From: an uncultured virus (IMG/VR IMGVR_UViG_3300020044_003647)
Taxonomy: Duplodnaviria; Heunggongvirae; Uroviricota; Caudoviricetes
Reading direction: 5' to 3' (one strand)
Length of the DNA stretch: 20,000 nucleotides
IMG/VR virus record: IMGVR_UViG_3300020044_003647
The first letter of the stretch is position 1; the number at the start of each line of letters is the position of its first letter. The translations under genes were made by a program, and so were the position numbers. Below the pieces are notes generated by a model. That model worked only from the letters and a program-made list of their open reading frames with translations, did not search any database and was not told where the DNA came from. Shown one piece after another: positions 16,009 through 20,000 of the stretch.

Positions 16009-16138
16009 TAAAAAAATTAAAGAAAAAATTATAAAAAAATATGGAAAAACAAGAAAACTACCAAATAGTTTAGAAGTTGAAAATAGTTTTTCAGCAGATT
16101 TTGTAAATACTCAAATAGATAATTTACAAGAATTATAA
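16004..16138 (+). pseudogene. Start-less 3' remnant of a plus-strand ORF
   Basis: After TGA at 16001-16003 the frame reads IIKKIKEKIIKKYGKTRKLPNSLEVENSFSADFVNTQIDNLQEL* with AT-ending codons and no in-frame ATG. Confidence 0.4.
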
Positions 16139-16302
16139 ATTTAATAAAAAAATTTAAAAATAAAAGTATATGAGATTATGATAAGATTTTTAAAGAATAT
16201 TATAAGAATATAATACCATTAATTTAGTATTTTTTGATAAATCAACGATTTTTAACAAATTCTCTTACTACTACCTGTGATTTTCTTTAAAAAATCTTTA
16301 TA

Positions 16303-19300
16303 TTAGCCGCAATGATAGGTGACAGCAATGAAAGCAACTCTTAATTTATTCCCATTAATATCTAACTCATCGATTTCGAAACATTTATAATATTGACTAT
16401 CTAATTCAAAATTACAGTCCATAGTGGCTTTGGCTACTGTATAATTATGAAGTATATCATCATCCTGACGCTCACCAAAACCAAGATAGTCACTACTTTG
16501 TATATAATCACCATTTTCAATATTAGAATTAGAATTAATAACGTACATTGAGCCTTCACCGACAGAATTTACTATCATTCTTTCAGGTCTATTATTTCTT
16601 CTTCTTCTATCCCCTAAAACACCAAAAACTCTTTTGTCTTTCTTTTTTCTTGATAATTCTATTTTAGGTAAAGCATCTTCGATAGTTATTCCCGCTTTAT
16701 CATATAATATTTCCCATTCAGTATTATTTTGAACTCCATTATCAGTTGTATCAGTTGCTATTTTACCATTTGATATTACAATTCTACCTTCATAATCATC
16801 CTTAAATTGTTGAGGTTGTTCTATATTAAATAATTCATCATCCGTAAATACTCTATGAAATCCAGTAAATGTTCCTTGAATACAATATAAAACAGTATTG
16901 TTAATATCATTCACTGATGTATTTTCAATATTAATACCAGTTAAATCTCTATTAGTATTAGCGATTGTTATAAATTTACACTGTAATACGCCTTGTAATA
17001 TTAAATTGCCTGAATTATCTAATCGCATCTTTTGAACTCCTTGATGATTACGCCATTCGTGATTAATATCTAAAACATATTGACCGTATCCTTGGTAGTA
17101 AGTAATGCCATTATTACCGAAATATAATCTTTGATTATTATCACTTGAATAATTCCATACATCAGTTTTAAAATATAATGAATTAGTTAATAATACACTA
17201 CCATTATAATCAATTGACATTCTTGAATTTGCTACTGATGCATTATAAGTAGTAGAATTATCAGCAGTATTATCTAAACAAAAATGTAATTTACTTCTTG
17301 AAAATGTTGATTGTCCTTGTGCTATAATAGCGCATTTAAGAGCGCTTCCACTTGAAAAAGGTGTTGCTAAATATAATATAGCACTATCAGATTCACTTGA
17401 ACTTTTAATATTTAATGATGGTGTTGTAGCGCTTATTGTAGTATTAGTATAAATTGTTGTTGTTGTTGGTGATATTTGAACTTTTGTTCCATAAGTATTC
17501 ATACCTAAATTAATATTGGTTGTATTTGTTGTTATTCCTAAATCCCCTGTTGGTTGATAAATAGTATTTCCAGTATCCCCACCATTAATTCTTAATCCAT
17601 TAAAATAAGAGTATCCTGATGATGATGTAATTGGACCTGTGCTAGTAATATTACCATTTTCATTTATAGTAAAAATATCACTTTGAGCGAAATTACGAAA
17701 ATTGAAACCACCTGTTCCTGTATTACCTGAATGAAAATAAGTAGTTCCAACATCTCCAAAATATATTCTATCAATATTATCGCTTGACTTTATCCAATTA
17801 TTTTTTAATACTGTTAATATTCCATTAATATTAGCATTACCATTTACATCTAATAAATATTGAGGATTAGTAGTTCCAATACCAACATTACCATTTGCTA
17901 AAATTATCATTCGTGGTACGCTTGTAGATGTATTAGTACCTGTATTCACTACGAAAGCATTTGTTGTTTCTATAAATAAATTATTTTGATAATTACCTCC
18001 AAAAGTTGTTCCAGCGATACCAATATATCCATAATTTGTAGAATTATTTTTAATTTGAATACAATTATTAGCAGAACTAATAGATGAATTAATATATAAT
18101 TGATTATTTCCCGAGGTGGTATTTAGTATTAATTGTGTTCCTGTTATTAAAACATTATTTCCAGAATTTATAATTATCGCAGCAGCACTACCACCACTTT
18201 GTAATATTAATTGATTTGCAGTTCTACTTCTTAAAATACAATCATTTGTAGATGCTGATGATGAAAAAGCACCAGCACTACCAGCCTCACCGAGTGCAGC
18301 ACCAGTACCACCACCAAAGTAAAAAGCACTACTACTACCAGTCATTATAAGGGATGCTGTCATAGTTCCACCAGATAATGGTAAATAATTATTAAATGTT
18401 GTTGATAATTCTGTTCCTTTATATATTAAACTTGTAGAAGTTGTAATATTAGGTGCTGTTAATACACCAGTAGTAGTGCCATTTGTTATTGGTAAATATG
18501 TGCTTGAAGCAGTTGTTATTGGTAAATAAGTGCTTGACGCGTTTGTTTGTGTTAAATATGTACTTGATGCTGTTGTTATTGGTAAATATGTACTTGAAGC
18601 AGTTGTTATTGGTAAATAAGTGCTTGACGCGTTTGTTTGTGTTAAATATGTACTTGATGCTGTTGTTATTGGTAAATATATACTTGATGCTGTTGTTGTT
18701 GATAAATATCCATAAGAATTTATTATATTTGTTAAAGAATTACTATTAATAAAATAATTGCTATTTATGATATTCTGATTATTTATGGATGTTATTCTTG
18801 CTGTTATAGTATCATATCCATAAGAATTTATTATATTTGTTAAAGAATTACTATTAATATAAATATTTGCTGCTGTATTCGAAGTGATATATCCTGATAA
18901 ATCAGGTTTATTTATTGTTATATTATTATAATTAATATCAGAAATATTAGACCCAACTCCAAGTAATGGTGACGATATTGTCAATGTATCTTGTTTTGTT
19001 GATATAGTATTATAAAAAACATTTGAACTAATATATATATTATCAATGTTAATAGAATTTTTAAAAATATTTGATGCGTTAAAAGTACCATTGACATCTA
19101 ATTTATAAGAAGGAAATGATGAACCTATACCTACATTACCATTAAATAATATTGATAATAATGGTGAAAAAGTATTAGTTCCTGTTAATGTTGCTAATGT
19201 ATTTTGAATTAAACATGAACCTATATCGTATCTTAAAGAATTGCTAGGAACAACGGAGGCGAGATATTTCACAACCCCAGAATAAAATCCCCAGGGAATT

Positions 19301-19809
19301 TGTCCAGAGGAACTATTGTTACCCATAATAAAAAAACATTCTGGGTTTGGAAAATTTGCACCTACATTACCATTAAACGTGTTATGTTTAAGAATTAAAA
19401 AATTTGCATCAGATATATTCGGTTGCATATTAGACATACTACCAAAGCCAGTCGATAAACAACTTCCAAAATTACCTGAACCTGTTACTAATAATTTATA
19501 ATTACCTATATTAGTAGTTGTCCCAATTAAAGTATTTCCGCCTGTAATTGTTTTATAATTATCATTCCCAGATTTCGTCCAAGAATTATATACAGTTAAA
19601 TCAGGTTTGTTCAAAGTAATATTGTTATAGTTGATATTTGTGATATTACTACCATTACCTAATAATACTGTGGATGATGTCAAAATATTTTGTTTAGTAT
19701 TTAAAGCATTTATTAATTCATTAGATGTTGTATAAATATCTACATTACTAATCCCATATGGAAAAAAAATATAATTTAATTGCGAAGAGTTGTCTTGTGG
19801 AAAATTCAT
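16303..19809 (-). CDS. Virion fibre/spike-like protein with C-terminal intramolecular chaperone autocleavage-like (Peptidase_G2-like) domain
   Basis: Asn/Thr/Ser/Gly-rich. Two GNVGIG...P.Y.LDVNG units, two G.GSNI..INYNNIT.NKPDL units and 10-aa tandem repeats. C-terminus FTGFHR...VFGV...NSVGEG...ENGDYIQSS...G.GERQDDDILHNYTVAKATMDCNF...YHCG, a pattern I associate with aquatic NCLDV-like fibre genes. Confidence 0.75.
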   Translation of the reverse strand: MNFPQDNSSQLNYIFFPYGISNVDIYTTSNELINALNTKQNILTSSTVLLGNGSNITNINYNNITLNKPDLTVYNSWTKSGNDNYKTITGGNTLIGTTTNIGNYKLLVTGSGNFGSCLSTGFGSMSNMQPNISDANFLILKHNTFNGNVGANFPNPECFFIMGNNSSSGQIPWGFYSGVVKYLASVVPSNSLRYDIGSCLIQNTLATLTGTNTFSPLLSILFNGNVGIGSSFPSYKLDVNGTFNASNIFKNSINIDNIYISSNVFYNTISTKQDTLTISSPLLGVGSNISDINYNNITINKPDLSGYITSNTAANIYINSNSLTNIINSYGYDTITARITSINNQNIINSNYFINSNSLTNIINSYGYLSTTTASSIYLPITTASSTYLTQTNASSTYLPITTASSTYLPITTASSTYLTQTNASSTYLPITTASSTYLPITNGTTTGVLTAPNITTSTSLIYKGTELSTTFNNYLPLSGGTMTASLIMTGSSSAFYFGGGTGAALGEAGSAGAFSSSASTNDCILRSRTANQLILQSGGSAAAIIINSGNNVLITGTQLILNTTSGNNQLYINSSISSANNCIQIKNNSTNYGYIGIAGTTFGGNYQNNLFIETTNAFVVNTGTNTSTSVPRMIILANGNVGIGTTNPQYLLDVNGNANINGILTVLKNNWIKSSDNIDRIYFGDVGTTYFHSGNTGTGGFNFRNFAQSDIFTINENGNITSTGPITSSSGYSYFNGLRINGGDTGNTIYQPTGDLGITTNTTNINLGMNTYGTKVQISPTTTTIYTNTTISATTPSLNIKSSSESDSAILYLATPFSSGSALKCAIIAQGQSTFSRSKLHFCLDNTADNSTTYNASVANSRMSIDYNGSVLLTNSLYFKTDVWNYSSDNNQRLYFGNNGITYYQGYGQYVLDINHEWRNHQGVQKMRLDNSGNLILQGVLQCKFITIANTNRDLTGINIENTSVNDINNTVLYCIQGTFTGFHRVFTDDELFNIEQPQQFKDDYEGRIVISNGKIATDTTDNGVQNNTEWEILYDKAGITIEDALPKIELSRKKKDKRVFGVLGDRRRRNNRPERMIVNSVGEGSMYVINSNSNIENGDYIQSSDYLGFGERQDDDILHNYTVAKATMDCNFELDSQYYKCFEIDELDINGNKLRVAFIAVTYHCG
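18482..18709. repeat. In-frame 30-bp tandem repeat (~8 units) with a 90-bp higher-order period
   Basis: Units YLPITTASST / YLTQTNASST. 18503-18589 is identical to 18593-18679 (87 nt). Confidence 0.95.
18706..18859. repeat. 46-bp exact direct repeat (INSNSLTNIINSYGY twice)
   Basis: atatccataagaatttattatatttgttaaagaattactattaata at 18706-18751 and 18814-18859. Confidence 0.9.
19507..19605. repeat. Inverted repeat, left arm (fibre codons 69-101)
   Basis: Reverse complement matches 19902-20000 at 98/99 nt (mismatch 19583 vs 19924). Confidence 0.95.
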
Positions 19810-19898
19810 ATCTATTTAATAAATTTATAAAAATTTTTATTAAAAATACTAAAAAATGATATAAAGATTAAACAATATTAAGATACAAAGAAAAACAA

Positions 19899-20000
19899 AT
19901 GCCTGATTTAACTGTATATAATTATTGGACGAAATCTGGGAATGATAATTATAAAACAATTACAGGCGGAAATACTTTAATTGGGACAACTACTAATATA
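19899..20000 (+). CDS. Partial divergent paralogue of the fibre gene
   Basis: ATG 19899 reads MPDLTVYNYWTKSGNDNYKTITGGNTLIGTTTNI and is open to the window end. Preceded by the A-rich leader aaaaatgatataaagatt...aaaaacaa. Confidence 0.6.
   Translation, partial: MPDLTVYNYWTKSGNDNYKTITGGNTLIGTTTNI
19902..20000. repeat. Inverted repeat, right arm (runs off window)
   Basis: Inverted copy of 19507-19605 with one substitution (TCT Ser vs TAT Tyr). Confidence 0.95.

Noticed and set aside
18482..18709. 30-bp periodic array as a possible CRISPR array
   Set aside because: No unique spacers, units are in-frame coding repeats, and no cas genes are present.
15253..19501. Plus-strand ORFs 15253-15435, 18483-18749 and 19316-19501
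   Set aside because: Antisense to the lipoprotein, sigma or fibre genes. 18483-18749 is open only because of the tandem repeat.
19507..20000. Inverted copy as a DGR template/variable repeat pair
   Set aside because: Only one mismatch (A vs C), located near the N-terminus rather than in a C-terminal variable region, and no reverse transcriptase in the window.
1..20000. Stop-codon reassignment, tRNA/rRNA genes, integrase/att sites, lysis or defence genes
   Set aside because: The standard code gives full-length, densely packed genes, and none of these elements was recognisable by eye.

Overview
Two distinct viral-looking segments. (A) Positions 1 to ~16008 hold a compact, all minus-strand morphogenesis module of a tailed siphovirus-like phage, probably infecting Bacteroidota/Flavobacteriales. 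In transcription order: two hypotheticals, a lipoprotein, a small ECF-like sigma factor, a Cys-motif protein, TerS, TerL, a tail-assembly-chaperone-like gene with a -1 frameshift site, tail completion/terminator and tail-tip genes, tape measure, XkdF-like prohead protease, scaffold, decoration protein, major capsid, major tail tube, portal with a C-terminal extension, and a partial head-tail adaptor. Three exact copies of AACAAAA-N11-ACGATAATA precede structural gene blocks and are candidate promoters for the phage sigma factor. (B) Positions ~16009-20000 are more AT-rich and resemble eukaryotic-virus (NCLDV/PLV) DNA. They hold a start-less ORF remnant, a 1168-aa fibre-like protein with tandem repeats and a C-terminal autocleaving-chaperone-like domain, and a divergent ORF whose 99 nt after the ATG are a 98/99 inverted copy of codons 69-101 of the fibre gene. 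That geometry would let an inversion swap the fibre N-terminus in frame between two genes. The A/B junction and the inverted copy could be assembly or amplification artefacts. All product calls come from motif recognition by eye; no database search was run.
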